From Mycobacterium tuberculosis H37Rv (lineage in GTDB: Bacteria; Actinomycetota; Actinomycetes; Mycobacteriales; Mycobacteriaceae), in the NCBI RefSeq assembly GCF_000195955.2, contig NC_000962.3:540001-572000 (forward strand): a stretch of 32,000 nt of DNA. Direction: 5' to 3'. The stretch's first letter is position 1; the number at the start of each line of letters is the position of its first letter. This document shows, piece after piece, positions 22,295-30,538 of this stretch. The translations under genes were made by a program, and so were the position numbers. The notes beneath the pieces are model-generated. The model worked only from the letters and a program-made list of their open reading frames with translations. It was not told the origin of the DNA and did no database searches.

Positions 22295-22713
22295 CGCGGC
22301 GTAGTAGGTTCCAGCGCACGCTCGGGTGAGCCGCAGCTGGTGGTTCGTCGAGGCGTGGTATATGCGGCACGGTTGGCCCCGGTAGCGGCCGGGTGCTGGG
22401 CATAGCGGGCGCGCGCGTAGGTGGCGCTGTCAGTACCGACATCGGTGTCGTAGAGATCGTTCATAAGGTTGTTGGCGATGTGCGGCGCATGTGATTCCCA
22501 CCACAGGACGAGCCAGCGCCAATCCAAGCCAGGCTCGCCGATCGCCAACAGCCCCGCGACCAGGCCGGAGACCAGGGTCATCGGCAGCACTGCGGCCCGG
22601 GTGACGACGAGCCACCGGGTGACCGTGTCGGTCGGCCCGTCAGCTGGCGGGTTGGTGGTGCGAAGTGCGTAGGCCCACGATCTGAGCCGGGAGCCCGCGC
22701 CCGCGTCGGGCAT
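22225..22713 (-). pseudogene. N-terminal fragment of the same decayed UbiA-family prenyltransferase gene (stand-alone ORF of 162 codons)
   Basis: The track ORF has an N-terminal approximately 108 aa with TM helices and the first Asp-rich motif HIANNLMNDLYDTDVGTDSATYARARYAQHP. After that it reads as a non-membrane Arg/Thr/Pro-rich tail, indicating frame loss. Confidence 0.65.
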
Positions 22714-22722
22714 CCCTAAAGC

Positions 22723-23427
22723 CTAGACCTGCCCCCAGGCAGGCACGATCGGCGAAGGATGCGGCTGCTCGCGAAACTTCTCCAACGATCCGCCGGCCTC
22801 GACGATGCCGCACAGTGCGCTCCAGCTCAGCATCGTCAGGTAGTCGATCAGTTCGTCACTGCTCATGCGCGGGTCTGACATCCAGGAGTGGGTGGCCAGC
22901 TGCACGCCGCCCACGATCAGATATGCCCACGGCTCGACTCCGCCGGTGTCCATCCCGGCTTCTTGCATGCGGCGGCGCAGCATCACCGCGAGCATGCGGG
23001 CAATGATTCGCTCCGAGTCGGCAATCACTTTGCTTTTGCTGGCCGAGCTATTCGCCATCACGAACCGATACGGCTCCGGTTGGGCCGCCACGGTCTCGAC
23101 ATAGACCCGGATGATTTCGCGGGTCAGTTCGAAACCATCCATATCGGCCGACAGCGCAGCGATCATGTTGGGGATCAAGGTGGTCTGCGTGAACCGCATC
23201 ATCACGGCGGTCGTCAGGTCGTTTTTGTCGACGAAGTAGCGGTAGAGCACGGTCTTGGAGACCCCGATCTCGGCCGCTATCTCGTCCATGCTGAGGAAGC
23301 GGCCATGCCGGCGAATCGCCTCAATCGTGCCGTCCACCAGCTCATTGCGGCGCTCCACCTTGTGCTGGTGCCAGCGTCGCTTGCGACCATCCGTCTTCAC
23401 GGTCACGGCCGGGATACGCTCTGCCAC
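22723..23427 (-). CDS. TetR-family regulator (Rv0472c position; I recall it described as the mycolic acid desaturase regulator MadR)
   Basis: Track ORF 22723..23493. GTG 23427 gives 234 aa. HTH LSMDEIAAEIGVSKTVLYRYFVDKNDL. Confidence 0.88.
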   Translation of the reverse strand: MAERIPAVTVKTDGRKRRWHQHKVERRNELVDGTIEAIRRHGRFLSMDEIAAEIGVSKTVLYRYFVDKNDLTTAVMMRFTQTTLIPNMIAALSADMDGFELTREIIRVYVETVAAQPEPYRFVMANSSASKSKVIADSERIIARMLAVMLRRRMQEAGMDTGGVEPWAYLIVGGVQLATHSWMSDPRMSSDELIDYLTMLSWSALCGIVEAGGSLEKFREQPHPSPIVPAWGQV

Positions 23428-23563
23428 TGTTGCCAATTCCCATTCACTAGACGCTCCCGATACTACGGCCAATTGGGGGTCCTGCTGGCACATTGGACGC
23501 GCGCGCGGGGTGCGCAGGACAGTGTCGTCACATTAACTGGTGCCGGTGATAGCGGATGATGGT

Positions 23564-24934
23564 GTGGTGGCACATAGAGCCGAGGTGTCGGGCTCGCCGC
23601 CGCCACGGCTGAATTTGAGCACCCAGCCGACGGTGGCGCGGCGTGTCCGCGCCTCCTTCGCGGAATCCTTCGCCGCAGCCGATCCGGAGGCGGATGCCGC
23701 CCGGCGGATGGCGCTGCGTCGGATGAAAGTGGTGGCAGTGGGGTTTTTGGTAGGCGCCACCGGCGTGTTCCTCGCTTGTCGCTGGGCACAGGCCGATGGC
23801 GCTGACCACGCGTGGCTGGGTTATCTGGGCGCTGCGGCGGAAGCCGGTATGGTCGGCGCCTTGGCGGACTGGTTCGCGGTGACCGCGCTGTTCAAGCATC
23901 CGCTAGGCATTCCGATCCCGCATACGGCGATCATCAAGCGCAAGAAGGATCAGCTGGGCGAGGGCCTGGGCACCTTCGTGCGGGAGAATTTCCTGTCGCC
24001 GCCGGTCGTGGAGACCAAGCTGCGTGATGCGCAGATACCGAGTCGGCTTGGCAAGTGGTTGTCAGAGGCCACGCATGCCCAGCGGGTGGCGGCCGAGACC
24101 GCAACGGTGCTGCGGGTGCTGGTGGAGCTGCTGCGTGACGAGGACATCCAGCAGGTGATCGACCGGATGATTGTGCGTCGTATCGCCGAACCGCAGTGGG
24201 GTCCGCCGGCGGGCCGGGTGCTGGCGACGTTGCTGGCCGAGAATCGGCAGGAAGCCTTTATCCAATTGTTGGCCGATCGGGCGTTCCAGTGGTCGCTCAA
24301 CGCCGGGGTGGTGATCCAGCGGGTGGTGGAGCGTGACTCGCCGAGTTGGTCGCCCCGATTCATCGACCACCTGGTTGGCGACCGTATCCACCGTGAGTTG
24401 ATGGAATTTACCGACAAGGTGCGCCGCAACCCCGATCACGAGTTGCGCCGTTCGGCTACCCGCTTCTTGTTCGATTTCGCTGACGACCTGCAACACGATC
24501 CGGCCACTGTCGCGCGCGCCGACGCGATCAAAGAGGAGCTAATGGCGCGCGATGAGATCGCCACTGCGGCCGCGGCGGCGTGGAAGACACTGAAGCGGTT
24601 GGTGCTCGAGGGTGTTGACGACCCGTCCAGTGCGTTGCGCACCCGCATCACCGATGCGGTCATCCGGATCGGCGAATCGCTTCGTGACGATGCCGACCTG
24701 CGTGACAAGGTAGACAGTTGGACGGTGCGGGCGGCCCAACATCTGGTCTCGGAGTACGGGGTGGAGATCACCGCGATCATCACCGAGACGATCGAGCGCT
24801 GGGACGCCGAGGAAGCCAGCCGGCGAATCGAACTGCACGTCGGCCGAGACCTGCAGTTCATTCGGATCAACGGAACAGTGGTCGGGGCGATGGCAGGGTT
24901 GGCGATCTATGCGATCGCGCAACTGTTGTTCTGA
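23564..24934 (+). CDS. DUF445-family membrane protein
   Basis: Track ORF 23540..24934, with GTG 23564 or GTG 23540 as start. N-terminal TM helices (VVAVGFLVGATGVFLACRW, MVGALADWFAVTALFKHPLGIPIPHTAII), a long helical middle, and a C-terminal TM helix (VVGAMAGLAIYAIAQLLF). Confidence 0.85.
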   Translation: MVAHRAEVSGSPPPRLNLSTQPTVARRVRASFAESFAAADPEADAARRMALRRMKVVAVGFLVGATGVFLACRWAQADGADHAWLGYLGAAAEAGMVGALADWFAVTALFKHPLGIPIPHTAIIKRKKDQLGEGLGTFVRENFLSPPVVETKLRDAQIPSRLGKWLSEATHAQRVAAETATVLRVLVELLRDEDIQQVIDRMIVRRIAEPQWGPPAGRVLATLLAENRQEAFIQLLADRAFQWSLNAGVVIQRVVERDSPSWSPRFIDHLVGDRIHRELMEFTDKVRRNPDHELRRSATRFLFDFADDLQHDPATVARADAIKEELMARDEIATAAAAAWKTLKRLVLEGVDDPSSALRTRITDAVIRIGESLRDDADLRDKVDSWTVRAAQHLVSEYGVEITAIITETIERWDAEEASRRIELHVGRDLQFIRINGTVVGAMAGLAIYAIAQLLF

Positions 24935-24949
24935 CGGGTGCTAACAAAC

Positions 24950-24965
24950 GCTTGCAATAGCAAGC
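24950..24965. promoter_or_regulatory. Short palindrome GCTTGC-AATA-GCAAGC between the DUF445 gene and the XRE regulator gene
   Basis: Six-bp arms with a 4-nt centre. It lies 16 nt after the upstream stop and about 55 nt before the regulator ATG, so it could be an operator or a weak terminator. Confidence 0.25.
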
Positions 24966-25020
24966 ACTTGGACGTACTCTGGTGGCCGTTGCACCGATCA
25001 CCCCGAGCTAGGAGTAGCCA

Positions 25021-25443
25021 ATGTCGTCGGAGGAGAAGCTGGCCGCCAAGGTGTCCACCAAGGCCTCCGATGTGGCTTCCGACATCGGCAGCTTCATCAG
25101 GTCGCAACGTGAGACGGCGCACGTCTCGATGCGGCAGCTCGCCGAGCGGTCCGGCGTCAGCAATCCGTACCTGAGCCAGGTTGAGCGCGGATTGCGTAAG
25201 CCGTCCGCCGACGTGTTGAGCCAGATCGCAAAGGCGCTGCGGGTCTCGGCCGAAGTCCTTTATGTGCGCGCCGGGATTCTCGAGCCCAGCGAGACCAGTC
25301 AGGTGCGTGACGCCATCATCACCGATACGGCGATCACCGAGCGTCAGAAGCAGATTCTGCTCGATATCTACGCGTCATTTACCCACCAGAACGAAGCCAC
25401 CCGGGAGGAGTGTCCGAGCGATCCGACACCGACCGATGACTAG
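25021..25443 (+). CDS. XRE-family HTH transcriptional regulator (140 aa)
   Basis: Track ORF with a GGAG SD upstream. HTH MRQLAERSGVSNPYLSQVERGLRKPSADVLSQIAKAL. Confidence 0.9.
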   Translation: MSSEEKLAAKVSTKASDVASDIGSFIRSQRETAHVSMRQLAERSGVSNPYLSQVERGLRKPSADVLSQIAKALRVSAEVLYVRAGILEPSETSQVRDAIITDTAITERQKQILLDIYASFTHQNEATREECPSDPTPTDD

Positions 25444-25796
25444 CCGTTGGCCGGCTGTTTTGCGCACCGGCTGGCGGGTAATCAAACCTGAAGGACAGTC
25501 ATCTGGGTGAGGTCGACCGCAGGCTGATCCAGCCGATCGGCCGCGCTGGCCAACAGCGACTCCGTCGATGACGTGCAGCAAAGGAGACATGTAGTGACCG
25601 GATCAGCTGGGCCTGACATCTACGAACTCGACCGACAACCGACCCGACGATCAGAAGGTTTCCCCGGCAAGTCGCGTGCCATGTCAATCCGCGGGTCTTG
25701 ACTAGTCCTCCCTGGAGGAGCCGACGCTTGCCCCAACGTCCAGACCAAAGATGTAAGAACGCCGATATCAGAAAATAGTTAATGAAAGGAATACCC

Positions 25797-26396
25797 ATGG
25801 CTGAAAACTCGAACATTGATGACATCAAGGCTCCGTTGCTTGCCGCGCTTGGAGCGGCCGACCTGGCCTTGGCCACTGTCAACGAGTTGATCACGAACCT
25901 GCGTGAGCGTGCGGAGGAGACTCGTACGGACACCCGCAGCCGGGTCGAGGAGAGCCGTGCTCGCCTGACCAAGCTGCAGGAAGATCTGCCCGAGCAGCTC
26001 ACCGAGCTGCGTGAGAAGTTCACCGCCGAGGAGCTGCGTAAGGCCGCCGAGGGCTACCTCGAGGCCGCGACTAGCCGGTACAACGAGCTGGTCGAGCGCG
26101 GTGAGGCCGCTCTAGAGCGGCTGCGCAGCCAGCAGAGCTTCGAGGAAGTGTCGGCGCGCGCCGAAGGCTACGTGGACCAGGCGGTGGAGTTGACCCAGGA
26201 GGCGTTGGGTACGGTCGCATCGCAGACCCGCGCGGTCGGTGAGCGTGCCGCCAAGCTGGTCGGCATCGAGCTGCCTAAGAAGGCTGCTCCGGCCAAGAAG
26301 GCCGCTCCGGCCAAGAAGGCCGCTCCGGCCAAGAAGGCGGCGGCCAAGAAGGCGCCCGCGAAGAAGGCGGCGGCCAAGAAGGTCACCCAGAAGTAG
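25797..26396 (+). CDS. hbhA: Heparin-binding haemagglutinin adhesin
   Basis: Track ORF 25782..26396. ATG 25797 ([32 protein letters not shown]) gives 199 aa. It has a coiled-coil middle and the Lys/Ala/Pro repeat tail [49 protein letters not shown] lies upstream. Confidence 0.96.
26277..26375 (+). repeat. In-frame tandem repeats encoding the HbhA lysine-rich heparin-binding domain
   Basis: Three 18-bp units AAGAAGGC(T/C)GCTCCGGCC at 26277..26330, followed by three 15-bp units AAGAAGGCG(GCGGCC/CCCGCG) at 26331..26375. Confidence 0.9.
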
Positions 26397-26414
26397 TCGG
26401 GCTCCGAATCACCA

Positions 26415-26451
26415 TCGACTCCGAGTCGCCCACGGGGCGACTCGGAGTCGA
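26415..26451 (+). terminator. Strong hairpin after hbhA (about 16-17-bp perfect stem)
   Basis: TCGACTCCGAGTCGCCC (26415..26431) pairs with GGGCGACTCGGAGTCGA (26435..26451), leaving a 3-nt gap so the innermost pair(s) probably open. It starts 19 nt after the hbhA stop and is followed by GTGTTGG. Confidence 0.7.
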
Positions 26452-26507
26452 CGTGTTGGATGCAAACCGCATAGTCTGAATGCGTGAGCCACCTCGTGGG
26501 TACCGTC

Positions 26508-26771
26508 ATGCTGGTATTGCTGGTCGCCGTCTTGGTGACAGCGGTGTACGCGTTTGTGCATGCTGCGTTGCAGCGGCCCGATGCCTATACCGCCGCCGAC
26601 AAGCTGACCAAGCCGGTGTGGTTGGTGATCCTGGGCGCGGCCGTGGCGTTGGCCTCCATCCTGTATCCCGTTTTGGGTGTGCTCGGGATGGCGATGTCCG
26701 CCTGTGCGTCCGGCGTGTATCTGGTCGACGTGCGGCCCAAGCTTCTCGAGATTCAGGGCAAGTCGCGCTAA
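26508..26771 (+). CDS. Small membrane protein (DUF2516-like, 87 aa)
   Basis: Track ORF 26484..26771, with ATG 26508 or GTG 26484 as start. Two to three TM helices ([44 protein letters not shown]). Confidence 0.8.
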
Positions 26772-26775
26772 CGGA

Positions 26776-27222
26776 ATGAAAGCCCTGGTGGCCGTGTCGG
26801 CGGTGGCCGTCGTCGCACTGCTCGGTGTATCTTCCGCCCAAGCTGATCCCGAGGCGGATCCCGGCGCAGGTGAGGCCAACTATGGTGGCCCCCCAAGTTC
26901 CCCACGTCTTGTCGATCACACCGAATGGGCGCAGTGGGGAAGTCTGCCCAGCCTCCGGGTCTACCCGTCCCAAGTTGGGCGTACAGCCTCCCGCCGCCTC
27001 GGGATGGCCGCTGCCGACGCGGCCTGGGCCGAGGTTCTCGCGCTGTCACCGGAGGCCGACACTGCCGGCATGCGCGCGCAGTTCATCTGCCACTGGCAGT
27101 ACGCCGAAATCAGACAACCCGGCAAACCCAGCTGGAACCTCGAGCCGTGGCGGCCGGTCGTCGACGACTCGGAGATGTTGGCTTCCGGCTGCAATCCGGG
27201 CAGCCCTGAAGAGTCGTTTTAG
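26776..27222 (+). CDS. Secreted conserved protein (DUF2599-like, 148 aa)
   Basis: Track ORF 26677..27222 read from Met34: [29 protein letters not shown] (signal peptide). It begins 5 nt after the upstream stop. Confidence 0.85.
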   Translation: MKALVAVSAVAVVALLGVSSAQADPEADPGAGEANYGGPPSSPRLVDHTEWAQWGSLPSLRVYPSQVGRTASRRLGMAAADAAWAEVLALSPEADTAGMRAQFICHWQYAEIRQPGKPSWNLEPWRPVVDDSEMLASGCNPGSPEESF

Positions 27223-27896
27223 TGCTCGGCCAACCGACTCGGGCGCAGTTGGCCGCGCTGGTAGACCACACCCTGCTCAAGCCTGAGACCACCCGTGCCG
27301 ATGTGGCCGCGCTGGTCGCCGAAGCCGCCGAACTCGGCGTCTACGCGGTCTGCGTGTCGCCGTCGATGGTGCCAGTTGCGGTCCAAGCCGGTGGTGTGCG
27401 GGTTGCGGCGGTGACGGGCTTCCCGTCGGGCAAGCACGTGTCCTCGGTCAAGGCGCATGAGGCGGCTGCGGCCCTGGCATCCGGCGCCAGTGAGATCGAC
27501 ATGGTCATCGACATCGGGGCTGCGCTGTGCGGTGACATCGACGCAGTGCGCTCCGACATCGAGGCGGTGCGTGCCGCTGCGGCCGGGGCTGTGCTCAAGG
27601 TGATCGTGGAGTCGGCGGTGCTGTTGGGACAGTCAAACGCGCACACGTTGGTGGATGCGTGTCGTGCCGCCGAGGATGCCGGTGCCGACTTCGTCAAAAC
27701 CTCGACTGGGTGTCATCCGGCCGGCGGGGCCACGGTGCGTGCCGTCGAGCTGATGGCCGAGACGGTCGGCCCTCGGCTAGGGGTCAAAGCCAGCGGTGGG
27801 ATCCGCACCGCCGCCGACGCGGTCGCGATGCTCAACGCCGGTGCCACCAGGTTGGGCCTGTCCGGCACCCGGGCGGTGCTCGATGGGCTCAGCTGA
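27222..27896 (+). CDS. deoC: Deoxyribose-phosphate aldolase
   Basis: 224-aa track ORF. Its GTG overlaps the upstream TAG (TAGTG). It has the Schiff-base lysine context DFVKTSTG and a class I aldolase barrel. Confidence 0.94.
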   Translation: MLGQPTRAQLAALVDHTLLKPETTRADVAALVAEAAELGVYAVCVSPSMVPVAVQAGGVRVAAVTGFPSGKHVSSVKAHEAAAALASGASEIDMVIDIGAALCGDIDAVRSDIEAVRAAAAGAVLKVIVESAVLLGQSNAHTLVDACRAAEDAGADFVKTSTGCHPAGGATVRAVELMAETVGPRLGVKASGGIRTAADAVAMLNAGATRLGLSGTRAVLDGLS

Positions 27897-27920
27897 CAGC
27901 TGAGCGCGCGGGTGGCGGCG

Positions 27921-28967
27921 TCAAATGTGCGAGAAGCAGGGATTCTGGATGCCGGTGGGGATAGCCGCGTCGCGAGTTGAGAACCGGCTCACCACGCCGG
28001 TCGAGGTGACTTGCACGCTGTCCGCGTGAATCCCCAACGGGTAGTTCTTGGTCAGGCTGGAGGTGAACTCGTTCAGCGTCGACTGAACGGTTTCTTTCGG
28101 CAGCGAGAACCCGAGCGTGTTGAAATTGATGATCTGCAGCTCCAATCCTTTGCCAGCCACTATCGGCTTGGCTGTGATGTTGTTCAGCAGGCCCTTCAGT
28201 TCGACGGTGCCGTCTGCGGGGTGAGTGACCACGCTGCTGGTGACGAAAGCGCCCAGGATCGGAATCGCGTTTTGCACCGATTCCTTGATGCCTTCCGACG
28301 ACCAGGTAATGGTGGCGTCCAGGGCGCCGATCGTGCCCCTAGAGTTGGGGGTGTTCTTGAGCCGGACGTTCTGGATCGTGAGCTTTATCTGCATGCCCTT
28401 GGCATCGCGGATCTGATTGCCCGCGGTTTCCACCGAGATATTGGTGAAGTGCCGCGTAGCGACCTGCCACAGCAGCAGCGGCGCCACACCGAAGGATGCG
28501 GTGGCTTGGTCTTTGACCACGCATGCGACCGCTTGGGCGACCTTGCTATTGGCAACATGGCGAGCGTATAGCTCGCCTCCGATCAGCCCGGCGAGGACGA
28601 GCGAAAACACGATGATCAGGACAAGAAAGACGGTTAGCGGGTCGCGGCGGGCACGTCGTTTGGTCTTCACCGCCGCTGGCTCTTCCTCTTGCGCAGCCAG
28701 CAGGCCCGTTGGGTCCCACGCCTGGTGCGCAGCTTGGCGGCCGGATCGCCGTGTGTGGGCATGCGACGCAGCCAGATGCTCAGTTTGCGGCTGCTGCTCC
28801 GGTTGGGTGGGCGGACTCACCGGTTCTTGGATATGACCCGCGGGCTCGCCGGGGCGCAGTCGACCGGTGGATGCTTCGGACGATGCCGGGGGTCGGGCGA
28901 GCGGACCTTGATCCCCAGGGCGCGCCCAGGGCGACGGGTCGTTCGGTGGACCTTGCGGGTTGGTCAC
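27921..28967 (-). CDS. Membrane-anchored conserved protein with a Pro-rich N-terminus (348 aa)
   Basis: Track ORF. Its GTG start overlaps the upstream gene's TGA (GTGA at 28964..28967). The N-terminal approximately 110 aa are disordered and Pro/Gln-rich. One TM helix follows (LTVFLVLIIVFSLVLAGLIGGELYA), then a beta-rich extracytoplasmic domain. Confidence 0.88.
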   Translation of the reverse strand: MTNPQGPPNDPSPWARPGDQGPLARPPASSEASTGRLRPGEPAGHIQEPVSPPTQPEQQPQTEHLAASHAHTRRSGRQAAHQAWDPTGLLAAQEEEPAAVKTKRRARRDPLTVFLVLIIVFSLVLAGLIGGELYARHVANSKVAQAVACVVKDQATASFGVAPLLLWQVATRHFTNISVETAGNQIRDAKGMQIKLTIQNVRLKNTPNSRGTIGALDATITWSSEGIKESVQNAIPILGAFVTSSVVTHPADGTVELKGLLNNITAKPIVAGKGLELQIINFNTLGFSLPKETVQSTLNEFTSSLTKNYPLGIHADSVQVTSTGVVSRFSTRDAAIPTGIQNPCFSHI

Positions 28968-29806
28968 CCACGCGATTGTGCCTTATCGATCTGAACGAAG
29001 TCTGTCTGGTTGCGTAGCACCGCAATGCGGTCGCGAGCCGCGGCCACATTGTCGACATCGATGTCGGCGACCAGCAGTTGCGGCTGGGTGCCAGCTGACA
29101 CCACCACCTCGCCTAGCGGCGAGGCCACCAGGCTGCCGCCTACCCCGGTCGGTGCAGCCGAGCTCGCCCCCACGCCGGTGCGGGCATCACCTGGGTCTGC
29201 TTGGCCGGCCGCGGCGACGTAACTCATGGAGTCTAGCGCCCGGGCGCGGGCCAGCAACGTCCACTGTTCGAGTTTGCCCGGACCGGAACCCCAGGATGCA
29301 CAGACCGCGATCAGTTGGGCCCCGCGCCGCGCCAGCTCGGTATAAAGGGCGGGAAAGCGAATGTCGTAGCAAACGGTCAAACCCACCCGCACGCCGTCGA
29401 CCACGACTACCACCGGTTCGCGCCCGGGTGCGACGGTACGTGACTCGGTGAAGCCGAACGCGTCATAGAGGTGGATCTTGTGGTAGTGCGCGTCCGGCTG
29501 ATTGGGCGTGCCCGGGCCGGCTGCGATCAGCGTGTTTGTTACCCGCCCGTCGCCGGTCGGGGTGAACATGCCGGCGATCACGGTGATGCCCGCCTCGGTC
29601 GCGATCCGTCGGACTCCGTTTGCCCAGGGTCCGTCGACGGGCTCGGCGACCTGCCGCAGCGGGACACCGAGCCGGCACATGGTCGCCTCAGGAAACACCA
29701 CCAGCTGTGCGCCCGCGGTGGCGGCTTCGCCGGCGTACTTGCCGACCAGTTGCAGATTGGCGGCGGGGTCGGTACCGCTGCGGATTTGCGCCAACGCGAT
29801 TCGCAT
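28964..29806 (-). CDS. Carbon-nitrogen hydrolase (nitrilase superfamily) amidohydrolase
   Basis: Track ORF 28964..29986 read from Met61 (MRIALAQIRSG), giving 280 aa. The Glu-Lys-Cys triad contexts are present: VVFPEATM, HYHKIHLYD, LTVCYDIRFP. The 60-codon upstream extension is encoded by the tandem repeat. Confidence 0.9.
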   Translation of the reverse strand: MRIALAQIRSGTDPAANLQLVGKYAGEAATAGAQLVVFPEATMCRLGVPLRQVAEPVDGPWANGVRRIATEAGITVIAGMFTPTGDGRVTNTLIAAGPGTPNQPDAHYHKIHLYDAFGFTESRTVAPGREPVVVVVDGVRVGLTVCYDIRFPALYTELARRGAQLIAVCASWGSGPGKLEQWTLLARARALDSMSYVAAAGQADPGDARTGVGASSAAPTGVGGSLVASPLGEVVVSAGTQPQLLVADIDVDNVAAARDRIAVLRNQTDFVQIDKAQSRG

Positions 29807-29807
29807 G

Positions 29808-29985
29808 CGCGCCAGCCTAGGCCCGGCGACGAGCGCGCCGCACCGGCGCGCGCAGGAGCCGGGCAATCCAGCTTGCGCCCGGCGACGAGCGCGCCGCACC
29901 GGCGCGCGCAGGAGCCGGGCAATCCAGCTTGCGCCCGGCGACGAGCGCGCCGTACCGGCGCGCGCAGGAGCCGGGCAAGCTGGCA
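29808..29985. repeat. MIRU-like intercistronic tandem repeat, 56-bp unit, about 3 copies
   Basis: Copies at 29821..29876 and 29877..29932 are identical (GCCCGGCGACGAGCGCGCCGCACCGGCGCGCGCAGGAGCCGGGCAATCCAGCTTGC). The third copy at 29933..29978 matches 45 of 46 aligned bases and then diverges. A degenerate partial unit lies at 29808..29820. The array fills the whole gap between two co-directional genes. Confidence 0.9.
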
Positions 29986-29987
29986 CC

Positions 29988-30512
29988 TCAGACGTTGTTC
30001 GTGATCCACAGCGTGGTGAAGCGCTGTTCGATGGTCACTAGCTGGCTTAATTGGGTGCCGATAAGCCTCTCCAGCTTCCCGCCAATGAACGGGATACGCA
30101 CCTGGATGGTGACCTGCAGCGTCATTCGGGAGCCACCCGACTCCGGTATGGGCGAGAGCACGGCGGTGCCCCACAAGTTCACCGGAGCGTCCACGATCGA
30201 TCCCGCAATGGACGCGGTCGCGATGCCTTCCTTGACCGGGCCCCAGGTCTCCTCGCGCCGTACCGAAAGATCGCCCCGGTGCAACTGTGTGACCAGGCCG
30301 GGCAGATTGTGACTGCGCACCATCTGCAGGGTGACGACTTCGATGGTGCCGTCGTCTCCGGAGTCGCCACCTACGCGTATCGACTCAAGGGTCGCGACGT
30401 CGACCGGCGTTTCGGCCAGTCTGGCTTTCCAGTAGTCCGCCTCGTAGAAAGCCCGATGAACCTCCTCGACGCTGCCCTCGTAGTCGGCCGACATGTCGAA
30501 TGAACGCGGCAT
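29988..30512 (-). CDS. SRPBCC/DUF2505-like conserved protein (174 aa)
   Basis: Track ORF. MPRSFDMSADYEGSVEEVHRAFYEADYWKARLAE is typical of the polyketide-cyclase-like lipid-binding fold family. It is the first gene of the three-gene minus-strand operon. Confidence 0.85.
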   Translation of the reverse strand: MPRSFDMSADYEGSVEEVHRAFYEADYWKARLAETPVDVATLESIRVGGDSGDDGTIEVVTLQMVRSHNLPGLVTQLHRGDLSVRREETWGPVKEGIATASIAGSIVDAPVNLWGTAVLSPIPESGGSRMTLQVTIQVRIPFIGGKLERLIGTQLSQLVTIEQRFTTLWITNNV

Positions 30513-30520
30513 AGCAGGTC

Positions 30521-30530
30521 AGGCTACCCT
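30521..30530. promoter_or_regulatory. Overlapping back-to-back -10 hexamers (TANNNT) for two divergent, probably leaderless genes
   Basis: The sequence is AGGCTACCCT. On the + strand, TACCCT at 30525..30530 lies 8 nt before the murB ATG (30539). On the - strand, TAGCCT at 30526..30521 lies 8 nt before the divergent ATG (30512). The total gap between the two start codons is only 26 bp and contains no SD on either side. Confidence 0.45.
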
Positions 30531-30538
30531 TACGGGCC

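Noticed and set aside
23428-23563. CCAATT / CACATT motif copies (CCAATTCC, CCAATTGG, CACATTGG, CACATTAA) in the gap between the second TetR gene and the DUF445 gene
   Set aside because: The motifs are short and degenerate, with irregular spacing. I cannot distinguish them from chance without a known operator for this regulator.
25580-25697. Strong SD (AAAGGAG) followed by a minimal ATG-TAG start-stop and an overlapping 34-codon GTG ORF upstream of hbhA
   Set aside because: My hand-counted GC3 for the 34-codon ORF is only about 57%, which is non-coding-like for this genome, and it has no recognisable motif. The start-stop may be fortuitous. It is worth a look in Ribo-seq but is not supportable as a gene.
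25499-26023. 174-aa minus-strand ORF spanning the hbhA upstream region and 5' end
   Set aside because: It is antisense to hbhA, and its Ser/Arg-rich composition shows no coding signature.
29807-29986. Treating the repeat-encoded 60 codons as the genuine N-terminus of the nitrilase-family protein
   Set aside because: Family members start at the MRIALAQ-type beta-strand (Met at 29806). The extension consists of tandem-repeat sequence, so it is reported as a finding and not as CDS.
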